From: the human T2T-CHM13v2.0 reference genome, Homo sapiens
DNA length: 64,000 nt
Reading direction: 5' to 3'
Assembly (NCBI GenBank): GCA_009914755.4
Contig: CP068257.2
Span: 34,336,001-34,400,000 of the forward strand
Positions 41,541-56,029 of this stretch are shown here, piece by piece (positions within the stretch are counted from its first letter, which is position 1; each line of letters begins with the position of its first letter). A program made the translations under genes and the position numbers. The notes beneath the pieces are model-generated. The model saw only the letters and a program-made list of their open reading frames with translations, had not been told where the DNA came from and ran no database searches.

Positions 41541-43074
41541 CTGAGCCCCACCAATCAGAAACCCTGCCATGTCCAGGGACTTCACGAAGACAGCCTCCAG
41601 GCCAACTCAACCCGGAGTCGAGTCCAGTGGCTGTTTGCTCCTGGCTCTCCATAAGAGTTTGCTTGGACTGAGGTGAACATTCACTGGCAGAGGACTCTGT
41701 GTGACTGGCTTATTCCACGAATGCCAGCACCTACCTGACTCACTGACCTGACCCAGCACTTCCCTAAGCAGTAGCCACATGGACCACTGAGCAAGCAAGT
41801 GGTGCAATAAGCGCACTGAACAGATGCTGGTTAATCAGGAGGGCAGTAAGGTCTTCCCGGACTGTCCTGATAAGGGTACCTATGGTGACAATAGCAGAAA
41901 GTGGCCCCAGACTTCAACCTATCTGCTTTCCTGCATCTGGGCCCCAGCCCTCCTCAGGAGGTTGACTTAACCACTCACCACACCAATAAACAAATCTCCC
42001 TTCAACCTCAGGCAGTTCAGGCATCGGATGGCCAAAGTGCAGAGAAGGATGCTTTCCCTCCCCTTTTCAGGAAGATAGGAGAAGAAAAGTCCTGTGGATA
42101 GCATCCACGGATTGACTGGCTTTGCCAGGCCTGTGGATAGTTATAGTCACAGATGTCACAAGGTGCACAAAACAAAATGATCCAGCCATTAGAGACCAGG
42201 GCTGCTTCTCAGCAGGGCACAAGGCAGGAAACTGAAAGATCACTCAAGTCTCTAACGAAGAAACCCAACCAGAAACAATAGAAGAGACACCTTCTCAACT
42301 ATCTCAATCAAATGTGTCGTCATCTTCTGCAACAGACCTTACTGTCTTTGAACCAATGCATTCAGTCATATCTCAAAAGACTCCCAGCTCTGGATCCAAT
42401 CGGCTTGAACTTGAACCCATTTTGCCAGGAACCAGGAGAACAGGCTCCTAGGCAGAGCATGAGGCTGTCAACTCACCTCTTGTGGAAAGGTTTGCTCTGA
42501 GTTTGTTTTTTAAATAAAGAGGGCAACGGCAGGAATAATTACATGTAGTAAATATACTACTCCCCTCCTCAAGTAACCTCTTCACAGCAACCGAGACCCA
42601 GGAAAGTCTGTCATTAAGGTCCATAAAGGAAAAAAAGTGCATATCAACATTGAGGTTTTTGTGGTGAGCCATGATGAGTTCTCCCTAGAGTTTGCTGGTA
42701 CTATCTCACCAGGCTCTTTTATCCCAACATGGCTGTGGTTTAGTCTTCAAACAAGTTGAAAGGTAAGCAAATACCCTTCCTTCCAGGTTACATTTGACTG
42801 CCCTCAGCGTCAGGTGTGTTTTGTGAATGCCAGCATTATCATAAAAAGCCACAATTCACCCACACACAACCACAGAACCCCCATCTAAAATAAACCAGAA
42901 CTGGGGCAGAGCTTTATCCAAAGAACAAAATCAAATGTGCTTAAAAGGTGATACAGCCAGCTTCACGATCGTGGATCTTCTTGAAGTGGGAAATGAGAGA
43001 ATTAAGAGAAATCAGATGAGTAATTCAAACCACTGTAAAACCCTGCCAAACATCACAAATGAAGTCTTTTTTTA

Positions 43075-43300
43075 TTTATTTTTTTATTTCAATAGGTTTT
43101 TGGGGAACAGGTGGTGTTTGGTTACATGAATAAGTTCTTAAGTGGCGATTTCTGGGATTTGGGTGCACCCATCAGCCAAGCAGTGTACACTGTACCCAAT
43201 GTGTAGTCTTTTACCCCTCACCCCCTCCCAGCCTTTCCCCCCGAGTCCCGAAAGTCCAATGTATTATTCTTATGCCTTTGCATCCTCATAGCTTAGCTCC
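43075..43300 (-). mobile_element. L1P-type 3'-end fragment (short)
   Basis: 'ttttatttcaataggtttttggggaacaggtggtgtttggttacatgaataagttcttaagtggcgatttctgggatttgggtgcacccatcagccaagcagtgtacactgtacccaatgtgtagtcttttacccctcaccccctcccagcc...catcctcatagcttagctcc' is the reverse complement of the primate L1 3' UTR. Confidence 0.75.
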
Positions 43301-44381
43301 CTCAAATGAAGTCTTAACAACACTGACTAAATGTGCACTGTCTAACTCAGTAGTCATTAGCACATGTGGCTATTTCAATTTAAACTTTAGTTCATTAAAC
43401 TGAAATAACATTTAAAATTCAGCTCTGCAGTCATGCTAACCACATATATCAAGTGCTCAAAAGCCACATGTGGTTAGTGACTACCATATTGGGCAGCACA
43501 GATATAAAACATTTGTATCATCATAGAAAGTTATATTTTCCAGTATATAAGACTAACTACTAAAAAAGGGAAAGGGAGTAGAAAAAAATGGTCTTTAAAA
43601 AAAAAAAGAGGTCCAAAACCTAAGCATCCACTGTATACCTCTCTTGCAGCTTCCTGGAGCCTCATTCAAACACAATAAACATTCAGTTGACTTGTTATGA
43701 GACTCTAGGACTAAATAACCAATGTTGTTCCATTAAAAGATAGTAGCAGTACATGAGCCATGTCTTATTATTTTTGTAATTATTATAAATTTTTAAATAA
43801 ACTGAGAGCAACCCTTTTTGCAAAAGATTGGTTGATGGCCTCCTGTTTATTCTGGGAATCTGTTCTCCTGATTTCTGGTGGGATGATTTTAGATCTTGCT
43901 GGAAAGGAATAGGAAAACATCCTACTTCCCACTTCAAGCACTTTTAGGATATATTTATTTATGATCCTTATTCTTTCCATAAATGTTCAACATAGATTGA
44001 ATGATTTTTCTTATTTTAGGAATTTTCTTAGCATAAGCATTTGCTAAGGACCACCCCAAATTTGGATGTTATTATGGAACAGTAGAGATTATCTTAGTCA
44101 AGGCAAAGCAAGTAATGAAAACCAACTTGGGCTACCTTGATCAGAAAATGAAATTTGTGAGAAGGATGCGGGGGTGCTTCATGGAACCCGAGGATAAGGA
44201 GACTTCATGAGCAACTGGGGGACTGGGAAATCCACGAGCTCTCTGCCTCTTAGCTCCACATCTCTTTGTACAACTACTTTCTCCAGAACTTCATTGTTTA
44301 CTTCACTTCATAGGGTAGAAAAAGACCATCTTATAGCTCTAAGGAATACCTATGGCCACTCCATGACTTCTGGATTTTTGT

Positions 44382-44555
44382 GTGCTCCTTGGTACTCAGG
44401 ATTTCTGAGACCCAATTCTAAGTGCCCAGGAAAGCTGATTTACCCGGCTTGCCCCAGTGATCCAAACAACCATGGAAGGAGGGGGGAACCGTCTTAATGC
44501 AAACGTGTCAGCAACAGGTACTGAGGTCTCAGAAATCCTGAGTACCAAGGAGCAC
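44382..44555. repeat. Perfect 31-bp inverted repeat with a 112-bp spacer (hairpin-capable)
   Basis: Left arm 'gtgctccttggtactcaggatttctgagacc' (44382-44412). Its exact reverse complement 'ggtctcagaaatcctgagtaccaaggagcac' lies at 44525-44555. Confidence 0.95.
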
Positions 44556-46075
44556 GCCCTCAGCACTGTGAGACCTGAGTAGATGGTTCAAAATCCAGCC
44601 ATGGGCCACTAAATTTCCACTTAAAATCATTGTCATGGAATCATTCATAATTTACAGTTGCCATTTTGCCATTGACAAAATTGTGGAAAGAAGGAACTTC
44701 CTGACTTGTCTAAAGTCATAGCTACTCATTGGCAGAGACAAAAGAATTATATGTGGACCTTGATTCCTGCCTCCTCCTATTTCTACCACATCCCATTGAA
44801 ACTTTCACCAATTCAATAGAATTGAAATTGTTGAATTTGCACCCACTAATGATCCCTCAATTATTAACTATTCCCATACTTGAATGTTGTGTACACACTT
44901 TTGCACAGTTCTAATGATATGTGCAGCAGGAATCTTGTCTAGGCTGTAGATGAAGCTTGTGGAGGTGAAAGACCCACCCACATGCATGGCATCCACTAAT
45001 TATCATGGGGTCCAGAAACCTCCCCCCAAATTACTGGAATCTCTGTTGAGCCCAGGAGCAGGTAGAACAGTGCCAAGTAGGGGAAGCCCACAGAAGGTGG
45101 GAATAGAGGAGACTGTGACAGTCCCTGGGACAGAGTCTACTGTGCTGGATAAAGGTTGAACCTGATGTGTCAGATTCACCAACAGGACCTGTGGGATAGA
45201 GGGAAATGGTAATTCTAGGTACGACTCTGCCTGGATGCTGCCCGCAGGCTCAACCACATTGACAGTGTGTACATGATTTGGGGAAGAAAAAGGATGTACA
45301 ATACAAACAATTAAGAGAGCTGTAAATTCTTGGGAGCCAGCACCCAGCATCTCTGAAGAGGGAGCGCCTCCAGAAAAGCAGAGATTGGAAGGTGTTTCCC
45401 TAGCGGCAAGAGAGGGGTAAGCCCCAGCACACCTAAAGTCCAGGAGGCAACAGAGGCTGCCTTCCATCCCCACTTTCACTGCTGCCCCCACCCCACCGCC
45501 CCAAGCAAGTATCAGCAGACCAAAGAAGTCTTAGAGCTTTAAGGGGACTTGGAGCTCCAGAAACAAAAGTAAGTTCTACCAACAAGTCCAATGTAGAAAA
45601 CTACGGGGAACGACGCTGATTGGCCCCGTTTGCATTACCTGACAACTCCAGGACCAATCACCATGGTGGGAAGGATGTGGCACCATAAGCAGCACACCCT
45701 GCGTCAGGTGCCCGTTCAGCCCCCCACAACCACACATGTTAGGGGAGGACCAGCAGGACCTCAAAGGTGAAGAGAGGTACTGTTACTGGAGGAAGAAGTG
45801 CTAAACACACCAAAACAGCAGATACCTACTGGGTACTCCCCACCTGAGGGATTTCTACACAGTTAACCTAACAAGGTCAAGAATAAAAGGTATGAATAAG
45901 CTGAAATCACTTTAGAGAGGAGTTTCTGAAAAAGAAGATGCTAAGATAAGACCTTAAAGTTCTCCAAGAGGATAATATGGAAAAAAGACAAGGAACTAAG
46001 ACAACCAAGAAATAGAAGTATAGGAATGAAAAAGACAAAAGAAATAAACTAAAGAGCAATAAAAGTTGTCACATA

Positions 46076-46368
46076 GGCTGGGCGCGCTGGCTCACGCCTG
46101 TAATCCCACCACTGTGGAAGGCCGAGGCCGGTGGATCACCTGAGGTCAGGATTTCGAGATCAAACCTGGCCAACTTGGTGAAATTCCATCTCTATTAAAA
46201 AGACAAAAAATCAGCAGGATTAGCAGGCAGGTGCCTGTAATCCCTACTCAGGAGACTGAAGCAGGAGACTCACTTGAACCCGGGAGGCAGAGGTTGCAGT
46301 GAGCCAAGACCACGCCACGGCACTCCAGCCTGAGCAACAGAGCGAGACTCCATCCCAAAAAAAAAAAT
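46076..46368 (+). mobile_element. Alu SINE with TSD
   Basis: 'ggctgggcgcgctggctcacgcctgtaatcccaccactgtggaaggccgaggccggtggatcacctgaggtcagg...' through A11 tail. Flanks 'aaaagttgtcacatag' / 'aaaaattgtcacgtag'. Confidence 0.92.
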
Positions 46369-48763
46369 TGTCACGTAGTAGCACCTCCTAACTCTACATG
46401 CATTCTTTCATTTAATCCTCCTAAACAGCCCTGAAACAATTCTGCATGATTGATTATCACCCCCACTTAGAGAAATCTGAGTTTCACAAAATGAAATCAC
46501 TCACCCAAGGTCATTCAGCTAGTTATGCAGCTGGATTGGAAATGTAACCTAGGTTAGACTGACCTCCAAGCCCCTCCCACCCCCTTTTATGTCTCTCTGC
46601 CCCCTCCCCACTATACTACCCCCGCATCCTGCAGAGTCTGAAAGTCAATCACGAGGACTTTGGAGCTTGTGTGAATATTTTTGAAAATGCAGTAATATCC
46701 ATATCAGAAGTTCGCATGTAAGAATTCAATAACTACTTTGAGTTTAACTGGAATGGTAGGAATTGGAAAGCCAGGAAGGTGTGAGGTAGGGCTTCCCACA
46801 TGTTCATGCCATAAGCATCTCTGTGTGCTTGTTAAAACTGCACCATCTAGGTCCTCATCCCCAGAGATTCCAATTCTTTGGGTCTGGGGTGAGGCCCAAG
46901 AAGTGCCACTGCAACAAGCATCAGCTGATTCTGAGGTCATCCTTCAGAAACCCTGGGGAGAGACCACGGAGGAATTCATGATAAGAGGCTATGATTAAAG
47001 AAAAAAAGGAGAAAGGTGTTGCATTCTAAGACTGTGAGAACTGGAAAAGAAGAAAAAGAGATGTGTCAAAGGCGACCACTAAATCTACTTATCTGCCTTT
47101 GACGATGAATGTAGTCTTTATCCCAAGAAGAGAATATTCTGGAAGAGCTGGGCAACTGGTAAAAGGAAGGGGAGAGGGGGGAGATGCCTCCTGCATCAGT
47201 AAGTGGCAAGATACCAAACCTAAGCTAAGGCTTAAAATAATTATTAATACTTGATTTAAGTTTATAAAAGAGTAAGGAATGAAAATAAGAGGAAAGAATG
47301 CACTAAGTCAATGTTATTGATTTACACTGTGAAAGAAATGCCAGAACTATTATTTGGATGTCAAAATAACTCCAAGAAGAGTACAAGGCTGTTTTGATAA
47401 TTTGAAACCAAATACCTCCCTTCTTTGAGATGAGGCTTTCAGACATAGAGCCTCCTTAAATCCCACTGCGATGTTCTGCGCAGGTCATATTTCCTCTTCA
47501 AAGGTTATTCCCTGTTAAATTATCTGCAATTTCAAAAAGAACAAGTCGTTGTCCCACTTTGAGTCCCCTTCTCTTAAAAGCATGTTTTGACTAAGATTAA
47601 TTTATAGCCCAAGGAGATTTGGAGAAAGGAAAAAGCCTTGAAATTGCAAGTAAAAATAAGAATTCCGGTCGCTTCTTAAATATCAAGTAATGTTGTTTTG
47701 GGAATAGGACCAGATTTGCAGAGCTACAGGTAAATGGACTGACTGTGGGATTTGCAGCATCCAGAAGACACTTCGGTGGGGGTAGGAAATCTAGCTCGAT
47801 GCTGCAGGGTGTGGAGGAGTCTTATTGGGAGCCAATACTGGGCAATTTGCTGAGCCTCTCAGCAGTTCACCAGACAAGAAGCGGTAAAGTAGGAAAAAAG
47901 AGGACAAAGATGCTCAGCGCCTTCTTGGGAGTGTTGGGAGGCTAACGAGTGAATGCTTGTGAACACTTGTGAAGGGGCTGGTCAGCAGGATGGCCTGGTG
48001 CATTTGACTTCAGGCTTCCAGGAAGCACGCTTGTCTCCAACTGTGTCTTGACCACTCCTATCACAACGGATGTGCTCACTGAGAGTAGCAGTATAGACTA
48101 AAGAAGACCCTTTATGGATTTTCTCTGATTTTTCCATAATAATTTCTCATTTGCGCTTTTTCTATGCTTGCCTTTACGTAGGTTTGGAATCTCTGCGTCA
48201 GTCATATATGTAGCACTTGCTGAACAAACCAATAACTAGGTATTTGAGGACAACTGAAGGGGACCCCGCAGAGCCTGCCAGGCAGTGCTAACAGTTCTAG
48301 GTTTCTCACCCACCTTAGAAGACAAACTTCCTTCTACCTCTTGGCTTTTACATATACTCACTTTGATCATTCCAATTCCAGTGGATTTTTTTTTATTATT
48401 CAAATGACTGGAAGAAAAAGGTGTTTTCAATAGGGTAAGGTATTAAGTGCACAGTGGCTTTGATCTGTTGGCATTTCCTGAATCCTTGGATTTTCAACTG
48501 TGGCCCAATTCTTACTTCCTTAGAAAGAGGATCCGTTAGTTTGCTGAGGCTGCCATAACAACATACCACAGACTAGGGGGCTTCAACAACAGACATTAAT
48601 TTCCTCACAGTTCTGGAGACTGAAAGTCCAAGATCAAGGTGTCCACGGGTTTGTTTTCTCCTGCGGACTCTATCCTTGGCTTGCTGATAGCCACCTTCTC
48701 GCTGCATCTTCGCAAGGTCACCCCTTTGTGCATGTACACCCTGGTGTCACTCCTTTCTTTTTT

Positions 48764-49044
<281 letters not shown>

Positions 49045-49236
49045 CACTGCCTTCTTATGAGGACACCACCCTTATGACCACATTTAATCTTAATTATCTT
49101 CTTAAATGCTCTTTTCCCAAATGCAGTCACATTGGGGAGTTAGGACTTCAACATGAATTCTGTGACAATACAATTCAGTTCATGATAGAGGATAACCCAG
49201 AAATATTAACAGAGTCAACTATTAAGACTCTGAAGA

Positions 49237-49706
<470 letters not shown>

Positions 49707-50460
49707 TTAAGGTATTACTCTGTTACAACTTGATCCATAATATATCAATGTACAAATACCACGGGTTAAACCATACCTCTAAAATAAATCAACTATATAT
49801 ATAATAAAATCCCATATGCATGGGAGAAGATGATACTATTTCTAGTCTTTACTTTTTTATATAATTGAAAGGGACTTCCATTCAATCAGAAACGCTTGGA
49901 CATTCATTTTATATCCAAATGATAAAGTATGTCAAAATACACGTCTTAGAAACCACTTGTATTTAGCTTCTGATGGGAGAAAAAAAATGTGGATACAGCA
50001 TTTAATAAATAAGGTATGAGAGCTTTTCACTCAATATCCTTATGATCCAAAAATCTGCTGCTGCTAAACTTAAAAGCAATTACTGTTTTATAAACAGTGA
50101 GACATAATTCAGAAGGCACTTAATCCAACATGTGTAAAATCTGTGTAAATCATCAAAAGTGACTAGCTGATGGAGATTTCTGGTTTCTGGCACTAAATCG
50201 CCATTGGCCTATGGTTCTTAATATTTTCCTTCGTCAAGGTACACGACTATAAAACTCCATGAGGATTGACAAATACCTCTTTTGCAAATGAGCTAACGTA
50301 AAATACCTCTTTTGCAAATGGGCCAAGAGGCAGTCTATAACATATGATCATTTAAGGGAGAGGTAAGGTCCTGGAACTAAATTGTCCTAAATTGTGTTAA
50401 ACCACATGCCCACGACAGACTGAACTCATCCCTACTGATAGATTTTTCTGAAGAGTATAG

Positions 50461-51015
<555 letters not shown>

Positions 51016-51764
51016 TAAGCTTCTCCTGTGCTGGAGAGTTATGGTGACTAATATCTACTAACAATCATTAGCCAAGTGTGATGATAGAAAAGAAGACATA
51101 GTTGTGAGTGAAACACAAAAAGAAATAGCGCATAGTACAGACTTTTTTGGAAAAATATTTGTATACTTATGACATATTTTACCATAAGGCACCTGATTCA
51201 ACACAAATATGGCTGGTGATGGCATCGAATCGGGAAAGCACTCATTGTTAACACCCCCTCTAAAGTGCGAAAAACTCAGGTCATTTTCTCTTGACAATGG
51301 CACTGAGGTTCTGAAGAACTTCCACAGACAGGCCCTGTACTCTCCAATTTCTTTTCTAATTGCTGTTACCAAATGATTGACCCAAAAAAGCAAAATATAG
51401 GAACATTAACTACATTCTCTTACTGGTAATCTGATGGCATTTTACCTCAGTAAGGAATATTTACAGTGAGCAGTATAAAATATTATATTGACGTCCAATT
51501 TCCAAGTGAAAATGACTTGTTCACGGGGTTCACCGTACGCTTATTTATAGGCAACTCTGGTATGAATTATCATCATTATTCATTCATTAACTCATTCAAC
51601 AAATATTCCTTGAGTTTTTACCAGAAACTACGCCTGGTCCTGGGAACACATTGCGAGATATGCAGACAGGATCCCAGCCTGCAGGAAGCTTCAGTCCAGC
51701 ATCAGCACTAGAAGGGCAGCAGTTTAGAAAGTGAAAGACTTTACCCAGAGCTTGGAAGCTGGTG

Positions 51765-52152
51765 CCGGTGGTGGGGGCGGGAGGGGGACGGGGGAGGCAG
51801 TGGGGGAGGCAGCAGTGGGGGAGGAGGTGGGGGGGGAGGAGGCGGGGGGGGAAGAGGCGGGGGGCAGGCGGGGGGGGGAGGAGGCGGGGGGAGGCGGGGG
51901 GGAGGAGGCGGGGGGAGGCGGGGGGGAGGCAGGGGGAGGCAGGAGAAAGGGGGGGAGGGGGAGGCAGGGGGAGGCAGGGGAAAGGGGGGAGGGGAGGCAG
52001 GGGGAAGCAGGGGAAAGGGGGGAGGGGGAGACAGGGGGAGGCAGGGGAAGGGAGGAGGGGGAGGCAGGGGGGGCAGGGGAAAGGGGGGAGGGAGAGGCAG
52101 GGGGAGGGGGGAGTCGGGGGGGCCGGGGGAAGGGGTGCGGGGGGGGTGGGTC
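51765..52152. repeat. G-rich minisatellite, 12-bp core GGGGGAGGCAGG/GGGGGGAGGCGG with ~38-bp higher-order unit (~30 cores)
   Basis: 'gggggaggcagggggaggcaggagaaagggggggagggggaggcagggggaggcaggggaaaggggggaggggaggcagggggaagcaggggaaaggggggaggggg...'. The plus strand is about 70% G. The six-frame Gly/Arg- and Pro-rich ORFs here are artefacts. Confidence 0.95.
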
Positions 52153-52339
52153 CGTTGGTGGTATGTGAATAACTCCTCCTCTCTTCTCAGGCCCAGTCCC
52201 AAGGCGCAGCGTGCGTCAGCAAGACAGCAGAAGCAGGAGGAGAGCTGGCGGGAAGACATGCACCCCTTGAAGACCCAGAGAGAGGCCGTCTGTCTACCGC
52301 GTAGCAGTTACATCAGACTGAGACACTTCCTGTTTACAG

Positions 52340-52380
52340 GAGACTATAAAATTCCTGCCCCGTGCTCATTTGGGGCTGAC
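52340..52380 (+). promoter_or_regulatory. Candidate TATA box (tataaaa at 52345-52351) with Inr-like 'ctcatttg' ~20-25 bp downstream, inside a CpG-enriched segment (52150-52520)
   Basis: 'ggagactataaaattcctgccccgtgctcatttggggctgacgcc'. About 16 CpGs lie in the 370 bp after the G-rich minisatellite ('gcgcagcgtgcgtcagc', 'ccgcgtagc', 'ggcgcgctc', 'ttccgaccaatcc'). Motif-level evidence only. Confidence 0.2.
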
Positions 52381-53046
52381 GCCATTTTAGGCCTCAGCCC
52401 ATCTGCACCCAGGCGCTCACTGAAACAGTGTGTTGCTCCACACCGCCTTGTTTTGCTTGTTGGCGCGCTCTCAGGGTTCCGACCAATCCAAGAGCCTTGC
52501 AGAAAGCATTAACGTGCTTTTCTCTTTGGCAGAGTTTTTCTTTGCTCTGATCTTGGAGACATCCCTCTGCCTAGTGGAAACATAAGGAATACAGAAAGAA
52601 TGCAAGGAGATAGACCAACGTGAGATTCTCCTTCATGCACTCAAGAGAAAGATGTTGCAGGAAGAGCTAGTCTTTCAGGCTGGGCTGGTGACCTGAGAAA
52701 GAATGTCCAGCTTTTCTTCTCCACTTGGCATATCAAGAGCCAGGCGTGGAAGACTAAAACAGGAAATGTTTATAAAAACTGTTCAGCGGTTCGCCAACAA
52801 GAAGTGGTAAAGTAGCAAAAATGGGGATGGAGATGCCAGGAGGAAAGATGCCAGGGGTAAAGTGGGAAAATGGGAACCTGAAGCCAGGAGGTCAAGCCAA
52901 GCCAACAGGTGTTCTGTTTTTCAGTGAGTATATCCTGTCTTTCCCCATGTGTCAGTTTATAGAAAGAGCAACCTAACAGGCTGCCCCATATACCAATCCA
53001 GAGCTTGGACATGTCCTAGCAAATTCGACAGCCCACAAAGCAGTCT

Positions 53047-53350
53047 GGGCTGGGGGCGGTGGCACGCCTGTAATCACAGCACTTTGGGAGGCTGAGGCAG
53101 GAGGATCGTGTGAGGCAAGGAGTTTGAGATCAGTCTGGGCAACATAGCAAGACCCTATCACTACAAAAAAATTAAAAATTAGCCAGGAGTGCCAGTGCAC
53201 ACGTGTAGTCCCAACTACTCAGGAGGCAAAGGTGGGAGAATCACTTGAGCCCAGGAGTTGAAGGTTACAGTGAGCTATGATCACACTGCTGCACTCCAGC
53301 TTGGGCAATAGAGCAAGACCCTGTCTCTAAAACTCTTTAAAAACAAAAGG
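53047..53350 (+). mobile_element. Alu SINE (older, AluJ-like)
   Basis: 'gggctgggggcggtggcacgcctgtaatcacagcactttgggaggctgaggcaggaggatcgtgtgaggcaaggagtttgagatcagtctgggcaacatagcaagaccctatc...gcactccagcttgggcaatagagcaagaccctgtctctaaaactctttaaaaacaaaa'. Confidence 0.88.
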
Positions 53351-53788
53351 CAAAAACATTTCAAAGGAAACCTCAAAGATCAGCTGTCCCAGGCCACTTC
53401 ATTCTCCCATAGCAGAGACCCTGAGCTGAGAGGCAGTAAGCCAAGTACCTCCCTGGCCTTGTGGATCCCAGCCTGGGGTCTGCAGGTAGCAAAAGCCAGC
53501 CAGGGAGAGATAGCAGATGTGTCCCCAAGATAGTGCCTGAGCCCAAAGAACAGACCAGAAGTTCACCAGTTACAGACAGGAGAATCAGCATGGGGGGGAA
53601 GCTGTGTAAACACGCAACCTCACCACACACCCTGCAACATTTTAGGGACAAACACAAGGGGCAGCGCTTTGAGCATGTTTCTCTTTGGGCTGTTACCAAA
53701 AGAAGCTATGTAAATTCAACAGGGACTTTTTAAATTAAATTGGATGACACTAAGATTTAAACTGGATGGGATTAGAAGTCATATTTTA

Positions 53789-54327
<539 letters not shown>

Positions 54328-56029
54328 TTAATTGGCTAATTAAGTAATTGGTGCTTTTCTTGTCCCCATTTTACAGATGAGGAGGTGGGGCACAGGATGG
54401 ATGGAAACTTTCCACAGTCACAGAACTAATAAGTGGTGCTGAGGACTCAAACCCGGGGAAGCCCACTCTAGAACCCATGCTGGTCATCCATATCCCCAAG
54501 GCCCTGGTCAGAACACAGCTAAGCAGATGGCTTGGGTCATCAGGACGTCCATTACATCCAAAGGAAGACAGCCTGTGACGTTTCAAAAGCAAAAGTCCCC
54601 TACCAGCCAGTGAAGCTACCTGATTTCTCAGTATCTTACGCCCAGTGACACGATCTACCCTCAAAACTTAAAAAAAAAAGGGAAACATAAACACATAACA
54701 GCAGCAGCAATAATTAAAGATGAGATGAGAACAATTAAGAAAAAAGGAAAGGTCTCCTGTGACTGTTTTATTTTTAGGGAAACAGAGAGGAAGAAGAATG
54801 ATTTTTCTTTTGATGACTCTATATCCAACTCTGAGGTTTGATTAAAGAAATGACCTTGAACCACAGCAAAGAAAAATAAAAGACAATTTCCAGTAAGTAT
54901 GCCAGTTCGAATTAATGATTTACTTTTTATTTTTAAACTGAATTCAGCAGAGATTTACATGCATTACGATGATTAACATCTGAAATTTGACCTTGAAATA
55001 ATCTTTACATTGTAAATTCTTAATGATCAAAACAAGGTTCTCAGTGATTAAAACATATTAGTAATTAATTATTAAAGGAGAATAATTGCAAATACAACAT
55101 TCCTAAAATCTCAAGGCTTTTAAAGCATTTGTACAAATGACTGGACATTTTTTAAATTTGAAAAAAAAAAAAAGCCCTCCATCTGATTCTCATTTTCATT
55201 GTCAGTGCAACAACAAAAAAGGTATGCACTTCTCTTCTCATTTTCCACTGTCTCGCAAGCTAGAAATTCTCACGACTACCTTTGATCCCATCAAAGCCAA
55301 AGAAAGAAAAGAAAATTGTTCTGTACAGATATATGACATTAAAAAATAATCCCAAAAACTTCTTCTCTAAGGTTAATAAAAGGTCGGCAGTTTTGATCAC
55401 TTTTAAAAATCAATTTATAAATAATTTAGTCACTTGTAGATGGGACATGATCTTCCTGCTATCCCTAACTACTCTGATGCCAAAACTGGTCATAGCACAA
55501 GTGGGGCTGCATAGCAAACTGATCCGCCCAAATAATTTCTACTGGGTTATAAGATTTTAAGAAATAACCATGTCTCACACCATAGAGAAAAACAATTCAA
55601 CCAGATATCTGTCCCATGTATTGTAGGTACTCTCTGTCAAAGCTGTAACTCTTTTTAACTTGGATGGTCTCACCTAGAGTAGATTTCTTGTTGACAGAAG
55701 GAACCCCAGAATGTGTACAGGCCAGGGCCGATTGTGACTTCCATTGGCCAAGGTTGTCCCAGGGCCAGGACAAGGGCCACACAGGTGCACTAGCCTCCCA
55801 AGGGCTGAGCATGTGTGCTCAACCATCTGGAGGAAGATAAAAGTGCATCCCCTAAATTCTGCCCAATCCAGTCTCTTGTCCATGGAGTTTCATTAGAAGT
55901 GACAAAGTTGAATGAAGAAAAACAAAAGGCAACTCGCCAGAACATTTCATCTCTGTCATGTTCTGCATTGTCAAACATTACTTTTTGCAATTTGCTCTTT
56001 GTTGATCTTTATCTTTTTTTCCAATATAA

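Noticed and set aside
39715-41671. Long stop-free ORFs (214, 302, 111, 198 aa) translating to 'PQLTHTPTHTHPNSHT...'
   Set aside because: They lie entirely inside the C/A-rich minisatellite. The plus strand has almost no T/G, so stop codons cannot occur. The peptides are low-complexity with period ~16 nt and have no start context or domain. They are translation artefacts.
43300-43560. Segment with paired 'ccacatgtgg' palindromic cores ('cacatgtggctatttcaatttaaac...aaaagccacatgtggttagtgactaccatattgggcagcacagatat')
   Set aside because: It looks like a member of an old dispersed repeat family I have seen but cannot name. Without a database search I cannot separate it from chance, so it is left unannotated.
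45003-45491. 162-aa minus-strand ORF
   Set aside because: No similarity to anything I recognise and no flanking splice or promoter signals. Its length is within chance expectation for this GC content.
51731-52259. ORFs of 145/136 aa (Gly/Arg/Glu-rich) on plus and 172 aa (Pro-rich 'PPPPLPPPSP') on minus
   Set aside because: These are six-frame translations of the G-rich 12-bp minisatellite, purely compositional. The proline-rich minus ORF mimics a formin/proline-rich protein only through the CCC/CCT repeats.
52487-52492. CCAAT box 140 bp downstream of the TATA box
   Set aside because: The position is wrong for a canonical -80 CCAAT relative to the proposed plus-strand TSS. It could serve a minus-strand or downstream TSS, but that is too speculative to annotate separately.
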